From positions 26,350,001 through 26,414,000 of the forward strand of contig OZ004609.1 of the NCBI GenBank assembly GCA_963924565.1: a stretch of 64,000 nucleotides of DNA. The letters are read 5' to 3'. This stretch comes from Ascidiella aspersa (Eukaryota). Positions 38,835 to 53,800 of the stretch are shown piece after piece (position 1 is the first letter of the stretch; each line of letters starts with the position of its first letter). Below the pieces are notes generated by a model that saw nothing but the letters and a program-made list of their open reading frames with translations, was not told the DNA's origin and made no database searches. The position numbers and the translations under genes were made by a program.

Positions 38835-41800
38835 ATGGAGAGCCCGTCTGTGTTCGAATGCCTTGCCACTGTTGGGTCAGCTTCGGTCACTACCTCATCC
38901 GAGTTTAGCGTCGACTCTGGAACTGAAACCGAGTCCCACCGGAGCCCAAGTGACAGCGAGTGGAACGACGGGAACACGGACGCTCTTTCCCCGCTAAATT
39001 CGTCGGTCAGTTTTGACAGCGCTTTTCGGACCGGTGACGACAGTCCGACTTTTAAGAACTCACCAACCACAATGGAAATAACCTCAAGCATTCCTCCTCA
39101 ATCGCCCAGTATTCCACCGCCTCCTTCCTTAGGGGATATACCCCCACCGCCTCCCCCTTTTGGAAGTATACCCCCTCCCCCTCCGCTTTCATTCGGAGGT
39201 ATACCCCCTCCACCGCCGTCCGGCATGTTGGCTCCACCTCCACCGACAGGAATGTCGTTCGCGAATCATAAAGGAAAAAATTATGACGACAGCACAATTA
39301 ATAGAAAAAAACTCCGAAGGTATGTTGAATAGTTTTGTTTTGCAAGTTAACTTAATCCAGTACGCATACGCAATACCTGTGTCTTAAATAAATGATATTA
39401 CAATGAAAAAAACTAGGACTATACTTTGTGTTATGCTGACAATTAAATAATTCGGGAGCAAATTTGCCTAATACGGGACTTGTAATTACGCCAAATTCTC
39501 CCAACTGACATGCGTATGTTTATAAGCCTTGTTTGTTGGAGATATCTAGTAGCATGTTGTACCCAGTCTATTTAGTCTATTTTTATAATAATCTTTGCTG
39601 ATACCTATTCTAGGTGTTTGTATTTACAAGCAGTATATCTAGTATTTTATTCTTTTCTATGGGTTATGAGATTAAATTTATGAAAACAAAAATACAAACT
39701 TCACTTGAAAAAAATGTATAACCTTTTCTGTCAAATAGTGCTTCATTTATAAACGACTGAAACTTGTTTTTAGGCTGAACTGGACTAAAATCCCGGACAT
39801 TCAAGTGAACAACGCCAAAGCGGAAACAATATGGAAGGAGGCACAAAGCGACAATCAAATTCTGGTGGATTTCGACGCAATTGAGGACCTTTTTGCCGTT
39901 CAGGATAGACCAGCCTCGGGAAATCGAAGGGGGGAAAGATCTTCCTTTTCTAAGTCAAGCGACGGAAGTAACAACGAGGCCGACGATTTGAAAGCAAAAA
40001 AAGTAAGAAACAATTATAAGTGTTTAAGTTGGTATTTCTACCTTGGTAATTCTGCCATTATTTTAAACATATAATGAAATGCTTGATAAGGACAGATGGC
40101 CAATGCTTGATATGCTACTATAAGAATAATCAATATTTCGTAACAGCCAAACTGATGTCGCGTCACCAAAGCCCTTTTTTGCTTTCCGCACATAAAAGTA
40201 GTTCTTCCAAATCTTTGAAAACGTAGAAAACGGCAGAAAGTCACATTGAGTAAACGTCGTGACCTAGAAAAGTGGGTTTCATTTAGATTGCATGTCATTA
40301 TCCCGGAGATAGCCGCGCCCACACCCGAGTCACAGTTCACATGATTCGAATCGGAAGGGTTTACTCGAGATTACGGTTTTCCAGTTAGTTGCCTCCAGTT
40401 CGTTTTGATATTTGTGTGACTCCCCGCCCTTTTCGAAGGCGCTTGTTTGTCGACAGACCAGGCGTGAGACATTTCGTTTTAGGCGCCTTAAAAAAACTTA
40501 TTTAAGTCCCCAGGTTCAGGGCAAAGCTAAACGAAAAGGTCGACGTGCGCTGTGCGAAACCCGAACGGCTAGCGCTATGTGCTGACTGCTAATATAAGCG
40601 CGAGTCGTTTTTTCGGCGAAAGTCGAGTGTAGAGTTCGTTTACAAGCGGCCACAGCGTAATCTTACTCCGGCTTTAAGTCGAACCAAAAGGGTGCACGAG
40701 CGCGTTTTGTGCGCACAAATCGCTGTATCAACACTGCTCAGTAGAAAGCTTTGACAACGGATCAAAGTCATCCCGTTACCGCGCTCCTAAGTAACAAGCC
40801 TCCGCCATACAACTCGGCGATCTAATGTCCAAACACACGCGCTGCTGAAAGGCACTAATTATAGCGGCTCTTAGTTCGCTGATTTTGCTGAAAGGAAACG
40901 CGACGAAAATAGACGCACGGTTATTTTTAGGCGCGCGAACTCGCAGCAGGAACGTACAGTTTTTTAAAACAAAACCCGACCCTAATCGCGGGTGGCCCGA
41001 TCCAATTTCATCGCCGCTGGCCACTGTCAAGTGAATCTGGCCTTGGTAGTAATAATAACGTGGGTCGACTTCGGCTAAGTCTATTTGGGGAAGTTCACAG
41101 CGGCGTGAATGCGTAGTTCCGCCACCGTCGCAGCCCGCGCCCGTCCATTGAACAGCAAGTGGTCGAGCCCTACCGTTTTGGGGAAAAGGCGCGACTGGGC
41201 GAGGTCACGCGGTGCCGGTTCACGTCAAATTGACGCGGTGCAGTTACTACCGGCGAAAAACAGCACTCTGTCTTACGATAATTGTAGCCTTGGAGGGGCG
41301 CAAACACCGGGCCGCGGCGCACCTTGCAGGCTTTTTCGCGTCAAAACGACATGGACTTGCCTTGCACGGTGCGCGAGATTGCCAATTAGCCGGCGCTTGT
41401 GAGGTTTGACGAGGACACTCGCCAAGTCCAAGCCGGTGCGAGGCTTTGTTTTTCGCTGATGGCGATAAACAGGGCAGCCGCTTTCGTTCGCCACTCGCTC
41501 TATGGCCTTTCCTTGCTTTCTATCCGCGACTTGTTCCGCTGATGGATTGGGCGGCGAGTGACGTCATTTGAGCCCAGGCTAAACACTCGGGCCGCGCGGC
41601 CTTGTGGGAAAGAGGCGCGGCAAGGGCACCCAGCGACCGCGGCGACTTGCTATTTCGGTCAGGCACAAACAACCCTTGCTATAAAGCGCGCACTAAATGC
41701 GAAGTGAAACGTCGTTGATCGGCGTCCACGCGCTGCCGTTTGACGCCCAAACCGCTTTGAGGGCCTTCTCAAACGGCGCTTTCTCCCCTTGAAGTGTTTC

Positions 41801-44800
41801 CAAGTGTGAGCGCCTTGCCCAGTGCTCCAAACGCCCAACTGTTGACAAACAAGCGAACCGCCGCAACCGCCGCATCTTTGCGTATTCTCGTCTCGCCCCA
41901 AAGCCGTCAACGCCTTGTCGCACCGGCACTTACTGCTTTTAAGGTGAATTCCCACGCGCAAGGAGGTTTGGTGAGGCTACGACCTGCCAGCAAAGGAAGG
42001 TTGGGGCCCTTATCCGCTTACGCCGCTTGACATATGTTTTTTATGAAGTAAACTTGTTGACAAGGCAAATAGGGAGCGACTTGCTGCTGTTTGTCCGCCG
42101 CTTGTTTTTACAACGTCGACTCCTTCTTTTCTCCAGGTCAGTCTCCTTGACGGGAAGCGAAGCCTCAACGTGAACATATTCCTTCGTCAGTTTAAAAGGT
42201 ACATTGATTTGTTAATCACGTTTCGACTATTGTTGTTACCGATTGGCACGATGTTTTTAAACAGTTCCAAACTCAATGGTTGCAAAATTGCTGATTTTAT
42301 TTATTTATACATGGTTGGATGAGCTAGTTATCAAATCAGAACAATAACCTCTAAAGTTACTAAAATCAAAGTGTGTAATTTTATGATAACACAGCTGATT
42401 TTTATCATGAATTGAAAAATAAAAATTTGAATTTTTTTGCTTTTTTAGCCGAAACAAGTATTTGTAAAACCCATAAGACCCGCGAGCCGTATTTTTACAA
42501 GTTATATGCTAGAATTCTTGGTCAGGGCGTGTTTTCTTGATTCGCCTTATACAATATTTCTCATTTTAAAACGAACATGCTTTGGTTGTTAAGAACTTAA
42601 TGTGTGCTAAAAGGTAACAGGCAAAAAACGAACGACATTATCCAATCTTTCGCCGACACAGTAGCCTTGTCGTATCGTACGTCGCGGCGTGAATGGGCAA
42701 TTAAGTGTAGATATAGTGCATCGCCGTCACAAATCCGCAGCAGATTACGAGTGTGTGATTACATTTCGCGACCCCCGCGCCGTTTCTAATGAGCAAGTCT
42801 TCCGGCTATATAACCGACGTGTCGCAAATGGACGGCCACGGGTCGGTCCGCTGGTGCTGCCGCCTTGCAAACGGCGACCACGATGCCGGGTTTATTTATA
42901 TTTGATTCTCGCTCTCATGTGTCGGCGTGATCGGCTTTCTCCGTAGCGATTACACTGTGCTCATCGATGACGCAATAAAGAACCGGTTTGTGCCTTCTAA
43001 ATCGAACACTCCACTTCTCGGCGGTTTGAATACGCTGCCGGCCTGTCTTCTTTTGTCCCGGCACCAATAGTACCCGTGGGGGTTTTGTGTTTTAGCGCAG
43101 AAAACTAAGGTTGCTGTGTTTTGAAAACGCCCGGTGTTACGGGTTCCCGTTACTTTTGTTTTGGGTCTCGGCGCCGTCAAGTATAGTGAAACCCTTTCTA
43201 AAGGAGCCAAATTACAACCCTTTTAAGCTCTGCTGACAGTATCTTTTTTTTCTGTTGCCGTTTTGCGCTGTCCTCACATTCGATAATCACAAAACACCGA
43301 AATGCCGCAGCAATCATTTTACTGCTAGTGTATGTGCCTGCACTGTACACATTACTTTGTAATTTACAAGGCGTATAAAAAAATTCATAACGAGTCGCTT
43401 GTGATTGTGGCCTTTTACACAACGCGAGTTCACGTACAATTTCCTACTTAAAATAAACAATAAAAAACCCTGTTCTAATACTCCGGTTTCTTTTGGGGTT
43501 ATCGGTCGTTTGTTATGTATACAGTATTACCTCTGTCTCAGCCACTTTCAGGTTGTAGATCTGGAAGAGTTGTTTAAGTAAAAATCCTTAAGCTTTAAGA
43601 AGTTTGTTTTCTATTTCGCGTAGTACTTTTTGTTAAAATTCTACTTTGATCAAGTTTTCAATGAAATTGCAATTGCTGTTTGATGTCCACCTTTAATAAA
43701 GTTATTGCGATAGCATCAAAGACATTTATTGTAGCCTACGCGGCCATTTAACCCAGCAGGACTGTTCCATCATAAAGGGTCCAGTAAATTTGTTGGTTTA
43801 GGTGTCAACTCCATAAGGAATGTTGTATGTGGCGAGGTGCTGCGTGGGCCCGCGCAGTCGCCCATGACTCGACGTTCGGATGTTATTTTTCAAACCCTCA
43901 ACTCCGATAGTGACGTCATAAAGGATCGCGTGAGAGTAGCTGTGATTGACGTTGTTTATATTACAAACTAAGGCCAGTTCTTTGGTCGACACACAAAACG
44001 GCATGCGATGTTGCGCTGTCGGTCGTGCGGAAGGGGTTTCCGCAACTTTCCTGTTGATGGCAACGTTATTGTCGCGCGTTACAAATATTGTCTTTTTCAG
44101 AGATGCTTTGTCACCCCGCAATGTGTCTCCTAGGAGTCTGAGAGGAATTTTGTAATCGGGTGCGGCATCAGCGATGTTATTCCTCTTTACAAACAAAGCT
44201 CGAGAAACAACTTCTGTGGACTGTGCGCCACGTATGTTGTTGTGATAAAGCCACAATTCCCGACCGAGCGAAACCATAAAAAAGTATTTTTGCTCATGAC
44301 ACCATGATTTTAAATGCAGCACATTTAGAAGGTGCTCAGATGTAATCGCATTTTTGAGTTGGAAGGTTACGCAAGAATCCTCTTCCGTATTCATCGACCG
44401 GGACATATTAGTCAAAAGTAGTATACCTCACTCTTAATCTGTCATGTGTAAAACTAAGCGAAATTAAAGTTCACTATGCAAATATTACTAACGTACGTTT
44501 TTTCACGGCAGTTCAATTTAATTATGAGCGATGCTTCTTTGGCAGTCTTTTAAAATGAACCGCTATATTACCATACATTTAAATGCTCGTAAAACACGTG
44601 CAAAACTATGCTAATAACTTGGCTACAAGATTACCTTGTATTTCTTTTTAGAACATAGGTAAATGCGAAGGTCCAGCTGGCTAGTCTGTCCACGCCTTTA
44701 AAACCCAATATTAAACAATGCTACTGCAACTGTAAGTGATACAGCAGATCCTAAAATATATGCTATTTAGAAACGGTGTTTGCCAAGTTAAAGTGTATAT

Positions 44801-47800
44801 GGCACTAAAAGTTATTGCTGTACATATGATGTTATAGCTTCACGTTATATGCTTTTAACGCCAAAGGCCCAAAGTTGTTCCCGGAATACACAAAGGTTTT
44901 CGTTTAACGGCTCGGACGGCTTTTGTGCGTTTAACCCTGTTATTGGCAACCGCTAAAAGAGCACTCGTTCTGCCAGGTTGGTAGGCTATGGAAATGCCAT
45001 GCCACAGCAGTAATATCATCATCCATATGGTTTGGTGTAATGTTTCAGTTGGGTGCAACCCGGTATTTTAAGAGGCTGACGCGCCGCTCAAGGGTTTCTT
45101 GACTTGTTTCTCTCGGCTGAAGTGCTTCGCCTCGCGGTGAAAAGCCACAGTAGCCGTAATAACCATAATCGCCCAAGCACACCTGTACGTTTTCGTTGTC
45201 GTACAAACTAAAATACAGCTGCTTGTTTTGCAACCCCCCTCAGCTGTCGCGTGTAGCTTGCCGCGTTACGCGCGTGTGTCGCGTAGCCCTAAGCGACCAA
45301 CGACATCGACTTGTTTTCGCATGGATAATCATGGCTAAACTATGCGCACCGAAAACTGCGCGGCAATTTAATGAATATTCGAGTTTGCACCGTGAAACGT
45401 GGAGTTGCGAATACCGAGAAACCTCGTACTAGGGCTTCGGACTGCTGTGCAACAGCGGGGCTCCTTGAAAGACACCCTTTCACTGCGGGATTACCGGCGT
45501 TTAAGTACTTCAGAATGCGGCATTCGTTATGCCGCGCTGTTGTAGTAGCACGGCGTGTTCCGTTGTTTTGAAAAACGACGGAAACGAGCGTGGCAAATAT
45601 TTATTATCTACTGCGACGTTTGTTTTAAAATTTTCCACTATACAATGTATTAATTGAGTTACCCAAGGTACAATGTTTTCTTGTTGCTATTTCTTTAAGC
45701 TCTAATTTTGCCCAAAACTAAAGGCTAAGGCGCCTTAAGAGATCGGTCCTTATAACATGACAGACAAGTATTTCGTGTCACAAGTGTTTGTGTAACGGCC
45801 AATTAGTATTTGCTTGGCGATTTCAGCCCCGCAGGAGCTTCAGGTCGCAAAGATGCCGAACCGTGATCATGTCTAGACGCCCGCGTGGGTTGTGGGACCG
45901 TTTCTTGCGTCGGCGACGTCCATTTACGTTGGAGGTGGCATTGTTTAAAGTAGGATTTGATCGTCGAAATGGAATACATGCCGATTTACGGCTGGGCGTG
46001 ATCGATTTGATCGCTTTATGACTCTGACCCGCGACCTTTTTGTGTTCGCCCCTGCTGGTAATTTAGCAGTTTGCGCGGTCATCATTCAGACGCCCGTCCT
46101 TTATACCGGTTTCCACGAGGCCGTAACCGCGTAGAAAAGGGAACGAGGGGTGTTTGGTCCATCAATATGAAAATTACGCCAAACATGGCACATGACGAAC
46201 CACGCAGCTACTTTTGACGTGTCATTTCACTTGAACGATCGCTGATTTATTTGCTAGAATATATCCCAATGAAAGCTTTCAACTAACAAGTACTGTGTCT
46301 TTTAAAAGTGTGCTTTTTAACTTTGTTTTTAACTGTGAAAAGTTTTGAAATAACATGTCGCGTTGTCAAACAACTTCGATTGCGCTTTTTTAGTAGCCCG
46401 TAATTGAATTATGCAATTTCGACACCGTCAATAATAACCGAAAAATGCCGAACGAATGGTTCGTTTGAAAACAACTGTTGGTTTTTCTGCCAATTGAGTA
46501 TTGCCGCTACACGCCCCGACAATTCACTAGAAAGGCACTTGTTATACGTCATACGTTGATGAGGTTTTGTGACGCGACCCGGTAATATTGTCCGCCCTTC
46601 TAATTCGAGACGGCATTTGCTCGGTCTACTGGCTACAACAGAGGCATACTTTTCCGAGGTCTGCTTTGATGCAATTATTTCGGCTCGTTTCGAAATTTCG
46701 TCCTTTCATGTAACGCGACAAACCGTAGTGACGAATCTGTTTTTGTATATAGGCGTAATTGGTTACGTAATGGATTCACGTAAAGCGCCCATTAGCTGGT
46801 TGAGATGTTTTAAATAGACAACGGAGTTTTTCTCTCGGCAACCTTTGTACTCGCCCCGATGGAGCTGACTGCGTGACGAAGTCCGAACAACGAAACTGTT
46901 AACTTTTCGCATTAACCGCATACGAAAGAGAATTGTCGATTCACAGCTGTAACATAACCGCGGAATGCCGGGAAGGCAGGACTTGGCCGTTTCGGTCTCC
47001 ACAGTTTAGGCGCTGTGTGTACCGTGTTGATTTTGTTTCCTTGGCGGTAGTGCGTGCTTTCCTCGGTCGTAAATCAGGGCCTTTTAGCGTCGCCAGCCCA
47101 GCCGAGGTATAGGGCCTCGATTCGAAATGCCCATCTTGCCTTGTAGATTCGAGAGCAGGGCGCTGAATGTTGCGATTGCCACACAAAGGCCGCGAACTGA
47201 TAGCGACCGAGGCAAGCCTGGACAGGGCGACTGTAAATGCTCTTTCAATTTCTGATCAGTCCGTTTATTGCTCGGCTTCGGATTAAAGCCCAGTGCCATT
47301 ACTTCGGGGTCTTCGCTCACACGCTGTGTATATAAACGAGAACCGCTCTTCGTTTACAAACACACGTCCGTCGTGTAACGTATGCGTTTTCGCCATACTT
47401 GTCAACGAAAAGTTGGTGAATTTTGGTAAATAGGTTGTTGGTATTCTAATCTTCAAATATTCCATACTCGGTGACTGCGAAATACATTCCCTTACTAAAA
47501 AGCATCTTATAGTACCAATTGTATGTTTTAAACTTACGTATGGTCGTATGTGTTATTTCAGCCGCAAATTTAAATTTTTATTATTAGTTAGTATATACTG
47601 TAGGATAGTGGTTATCAAACTTTGTCACTGGGCGAACCCTTTTTTTTTCTTGAAATAATCAAGGACACCATTTATATTTATACGGCACAATAAATATGAT
47701 TAACATTCCAATCAAAACTCGAACAAACTATTTAGGCGTACTGTAAACAAGTTGTAAAATAATTTCGTATCCTGAAAACTAAATGAGATGATGTGCTTGT

Positions 47801-50800
47801 GCTCCTTAATTATAATTTGATGATTTTAGAGATGTTGCGCGAACCCCTTAAACTCTCCCTAATTTGAGAACCACCTAAATTAAAACAATAGTGGGCAGAA
47901 AATTTAAGGCGAGAAAAACACAACAGGGGGGCCAGCATAAGTCTTCCAAGATAAATCCGCTGCCCGAATAATGCCAATTGTACGACTTAAGCTGAACAAT
48001 ATTTGCGCAGACTTATCCGCCCCTCCTAAATCAAATACAGTTGTTCTATTGATTAAGGCCTTTGCACGACTTCCTTATACTTTGGCCATTTCGCACGCGA
48101 CGCATCTTATTTCTTTTCATAATCCGGTGACTTTGCGTATTGACGCAACTGTCAGCGGCAGAGTAATTGGCTAATTTCTTGTGTGCTGATTCTGACCACT
48201 TTCATTCTGATTAAATATGCATTTATAAGTTTGTTACCCCCACCTGGATGTGCAAGGCCTAGTTTTAAATTGTATTGTTCGTTGTATAAAGTTAGCATTT
48301 GTGCATTAAAGTGATGTTTATTTCCTTTACGCGCTCACATTTATATCTTATTGAACCGTACAAAATTGTCAAACTACAAAGACATCGATTTTTACAAACT
48401 TGTTACTTTTATGAGGTGTTTTACGACGAAATACTAGGCGATTGATTGTAATTTTGGTAAATTTGATTAATTGTAATTTGTATTTTTGAAAGTTTCTACT
48501 AAAATATAGGCTTCCAATTTGTTGAAAATCACGAGCCTCGTATTATTTTGTTAGGCAACCTTTTCGCCAATCAACTTTGTACGTTTGCTATGAGGGTTTT
48601 TACATGACATGATCACGTCGCTAAAGCACCAATTAATGTATAAACGCCACGGAAAAGCACAAATAAAATGGGTCTGCTTGTAAATTACCTACACCGACCA
48701 ACAACTATTAACCTCTCCAAAAATCTACTCTCAAGTAATATTCATAACTTTTTGTGTGTGTTTTCCAGCAAACGTGTATTTATGTGTTAACATTTCAGAT
48801 CAACCGCGGTCCTTGCTGAGTCGATAAAGTCATGCGACGTGTCATTCATGAACTCTGACAAACTAAGGGCTCTCCGCAAACTTCTTCCAGACAAGGAAGA
48901 AATCAAAACCTTAATGGGTATGAAAATAAATAATAATCTTCTGTTTCATATAAGTGGTCAATCCATTATATCTCTGCAGAATGTTCAAACTATAGTGAGC
49001 TAATTATGCATTATAAATGTGCTGGTTATTTAATGTTTAGCACCTATTATTGATATATTTATCTCCAATAATAAATATAGATGAGACTTTTTTAAATCAA
49101 ACCTTAACAATATCGAAATTTTTTTTAAATATATTTATCAATTAAATATTCACATATGTTAAATAAACTGTAAAATATATATGTTTTGGGTAATTGTTGT
49201 GGTAATTCAAACGAACAACACGTAAAACAAACGCCACGTTAAAGATGATTCAGTTTTCGTAGACATCAATGCAAACTGGCACCAAGAGGTGATGACGCAA
49301 CTTGGCGTTTAGTCAGATTGCGCACTTCGTTTGCCTCTCTTGGTTTAAAGACAGTGTAACGGACGCACACACGCGCATACACGCATGCATACGCAATCAC
49401 ACACACGCACTCGTAAACTTAACGATGGCAGTGTATACAGCAGAGCGGCAAAGGTGGGCGAAATGGCATTTAGCTGAACTTTGACGAATATGACGAGACG
49501 GTACTTTATAAGGCAAGGTTTAATGTGTATTGGCCGCCCGCGAATTCCGATCCATGGAATTTTAATTGCTTTTACCTAACCAGCTCTTTATAATGATGAC
49601 GTAGGAAACTGCACAATCATTATCGAAATTTCACCTTACTTGGTATCGAAGGCAGCTGCTCGTGTCGTACAAACCAAATTTATTACGCGGTGTTTTAATT
49701 TTAGAAACAAAGTCATGTTTAATTCGAACTGTTAACCGACTGCGTTTACAACTTGAAAAAAGTTACTTCAATATCAAACTTAGCCGTTTTGTGCTACCTG
49801 TTTCGGCAAAGGTTAAATGCTACCTGTTGCGGCAAAGGGTATTTAGAACAGCATGTGCATAAACTACTTTTCGCAAACATTAAACATCGAAACTTATCAC
49901 TTTACAGGCTATGATGGAAATGTGGATCTTCTCGACAACGCCGAGAGCTTCCTGCGTCGCGTCATCTCGATTCCCCATTATCACGTAAGAATCGACGCCA
50001 TGTTGCTCCGAGAGGAATTTGACCACGCCATGGTGCAAGTTGAACACTCGGTAGAGGTCTTGCTTCAGGCTATTAGAGGTAAGATAACGCGTTTGGAACT
50101 GATGTTGATTTTATTTTTTTTTTTTGAAAAACTGCCTGCTTTTACGCGGGCGGTTTGTTATATACCGTTCAACGTATGCAAGAACAACCCCCACGATCCA
50201 CATGTTTGCTTGTGTGATAAAGTTGTTATAACAGTCGAAATATATCTGTGCGGTTAAATTCTAAATAACTTGCAACTCATAAAGCTAAGTGGGCTGGCCT
50301 TTAGCCACCCTGTGGCTTCTTAAAAGGAGTTTTTTATTCTTCTCTGTCTTTTCCTATTTTGTTGTTTTCTGTGTAATAACAATAAAATAGAAAAAAATAT
50401 ATCAGAGGTAAGACAGAGTACGGTTTATTTTGCACTTGTTCCCACGTTTTGAGTTCTAGTCAGTAGCGACACTTAGCGGAATTTGAATTGCTTTAGTATA
50501 ATTTGGCGAACATAAAAAATTATAGTTTTAGGAAACACTGGCTTTGTGCTTTATTAATTGCTGAAAAAAAAAATCCCAGTGCGAATGAAGATTGTCTTGC
50601 ATAGTTCCGATTTGTTCGTTAAGATAATAAATATAGCTTTGTTTAAGCCTTAAAACAAATTATCCATTTTTAGAAATACGAGACTGCCGCGCTCTGCCGA
50701 CCATTTTGCACTTGGTATTGCAAGCGGGAAACTACCTCAATCGCGGCGCGGCATTCGGCAACGCGTCCGGATTCCGCCTTGCTTCGCTCCAGCGACTTAC

Positions 50801-53800
50801 AGACACGAAGGCCAACAAACCCGGGATTACCTTGATGCACTATCTTGTGACGGTAATTATATGTGCTGAACACTTTTGCCTTGTTCTAAATCTAAGGTGA
50901 TGGATTTTTATAATGCCATACTTGTGGCATGTATATTTGCGAATTGCAAACTTGAAATTAATTGGTCAAAATGTTTCTACTTATATCATTTACATCTTAC
51001 TAAATAGTTGGTATATAGAACGAGAAGATGATTATTGATTATGGACTATAAACGTTTTAAAAACAACCAATTTGTGTAAATAAGTTTAAGAAACGCCAAG
51101 TTATGTGTGTAATTGACTTGGAGCTTAGGTCCAAGTAATTTTCCAAAATACTTAAATTGATATAATTTACGATTAATTGCGTTAAAATAAAACATTGAGT
51201 TAAATTAATCAAAACAGTTCCCCTGATAGTAATTAAAGTGGGAGAAAAATTTAACTACTCGAGGAGCCATTGTTAATTAATATTATACCTGGTAAAGCAA
51301 CAGCTTACATTTTAAACTAAATTATTGCAACACAGCTGTATACTATCCTGCAAAGTGTAAACTATTATTTCACACTAGAGTCTCTGCGTTACTACCTCTT
51401 TCCCTAACAAAGGCCTATAGAGATTATCGCTTTTAACCTTTCTCGTCAAACTATTTCTACAATTCAGGAGCTAGAGAGACACAATCCTAACATGTGCTCC
51501 TGGACGTCGGATGTTCCGAGCGTGGACGCCGCATCCAGGATCTCGGAGGAGGAGGTTTCGGAAGAGATCAAGGCCTACCGGATCCGTGTCAAGTCGCTCA
51601 AGCACAAGGTGCATCAGGAGGTTGACGAAGAGCTGCGGGAGAGCGTCTCCGACTTCCTCGAGGTGATTGTTCGTGTGCAGCTCCTAAACTTTGGAGCATT
51701 ATCCAATACCGCGAGTTTATATCTGCCTAAAGAACCTTGTTTTGCCATCCTGTATGTATTGAACATATCCAAGATGTTGGTGACGCAGAAGCTGCAGACC
51801 AGTGGTTACTAATCTTTAAAGCGACATTAGCTCCGAGAATTACTTAACCAATACCCCGTTAAAAAATTAAAACGGCATGATCCGTCATCTTCAATAAAAT
51901 AAATGAACAACACCTTTACCTAATGTTTGTATTCATATAATACAAAAATCTACATTTGGGGGAAAGAATAGTGTTTTTTGTAATCAATTTATTCAAAAAA
52001 ACACTCTTAAATTTTGAAAATTAACCCATTGATTGGCCATTACCGTTGTTGGTCAATTATTGATATAGGTAAAAATGGGTATTATTCTAATATTTTTAAA
52101 ATATTTTTTTATTTTTTGGCTATCAAGAGCTACCAACTTCTTTAAAGTTAAATTACCCCGTAAAACTACAGTTGCACTTTAATTTACAGTAACACTGATA
52201 GAATGTTGCTTTTTGTGCTGATACACAATTAATAACCTTGCAATGAAAAACAGCTTAATGACGTTAACGGCTGAGCCTGTATACTCTTATATGGTCATTG
52301 TTTATTTTATTCGTTTGCTGTTTACATCAAATTAGTTTTGAAAACTATTCAGCCCAACTTAGCAATATCGACCTCGATCTATGAGTCTAGTTATTATCAA
52401 CTGATTTTGCCCACGTAGGAAGCCGAAAACCGCCTGAACCTTATCGAAACCGCCGAGCAACAACTGAAGGATTCGTCGCGCGATCTTGCAACCTACCTCT
52501 GTGAACGACACGAAAAGTTTTCGTTGATCGAGTGCTTCCAAATAGTGTCGACCTTCAGGAAGAAATTCGACACCGTCTCTGAGGAGAACAGACAACGAGA
52601 GTCAAAGAACAAGCGGTAAGCTGAGATGGCTTTCAGCTATAGAATTTGGAATGTTAATAGGAATTTGTTATTCTTTAATCTTGGTGTTCACAAAGCTAGC
52701 GACACAGTGCATATCTAACAAAAATGTCCTCTATCTATATCGTTTCTGATTCGTATTTCTCTGACTAACTAAACATGTAATCCTAATCTTGCTTAATTGT
52801 TCTCCTCTGTGTGTAGCTCTTCTATGGGTTCCACCTTGCGCTCAAGAAATAAAATCACGAAAGACGACAAGCAGACGAACGTCACGGATTTGGAGGGAAC
52901 GAAAACTCGAAGAGACTCGTTCACACGTCGCCGAACCATCGCCACACCTCATCAGCGATACGCAGGGCTTAGTCGGCAAAGTAACGCCACCGACACTAGC
53001 GAAGAACCGCCGCGGGAAAGCAGGGAGTCGAGGCTCCGAAAGTACGACTTATCCCACATCAGGCGCTCCTCTCTTGCCAAACCATCTCCGGCCGAAGTAT
53101 TGCGCTTATACCAGCAAGACTTGAACGCAACCGGGAACAAGGACTGCATTGACGAGAACAGCGAACCCAATTCACCGAGGGAACCTCGAAAGGCGTGGGG
53201 CCAAGAAGTCCCTGAAATAATTGAACCACACAACGTGAAAAGCCCGCTTTCTTCCAGTCCCTCACTCAGTTCAAACGCCAGCGATTTCAGTCTTTCTTTA
53301 GAGACAGACAGCAGTAGCTTACAAGGGACACCGCAGCGCCGTCGCCGTCGTTTTGGTTCAATGCGCAGTCGCTCTTTGCGTACTGGTCTTTGGGAAACGA
53401 TCGACGACCCCAAAGATAATAATTATCTTGTACCCAGTGGTGGAAACTCACCAGACGTTGTTCTTCGCCATAGAAATAGTTCAGTTGGAGAAAGTGACCG
53501 GCAAAGGCCCGTGAGCATGCTGTCATCTTCTCAGTCAGCAGACGACATCGAAACTTCCTTAACTCGCTTTATTAACGGTGAAAGGGGGAGGGCTTTCGAA
53601 CGAACGCAGATGCGAAGGTCGTACATAAGGCTTCCCGTTGACGACGAACAAGCAAAAACACCGGAAAGTGAAAACCCTGATGACGATGTGGGTCTTATGA
53701 TAAAGTTGCGCCGTCGCATCTGGAGGAAATCAGAAGCACCTCCTTCCAAAGAGCCTCCCTCTATGGGTTTCGGTGTCGTTTTGCGCGACGGAAGTCAGAC

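Noticed and set aside
49362-49410. Alternating purine-pyrimidine (Z-DNA-prone) tract
   Set aside because: Short degenerate CA/CG microsatellite with no supporting context.
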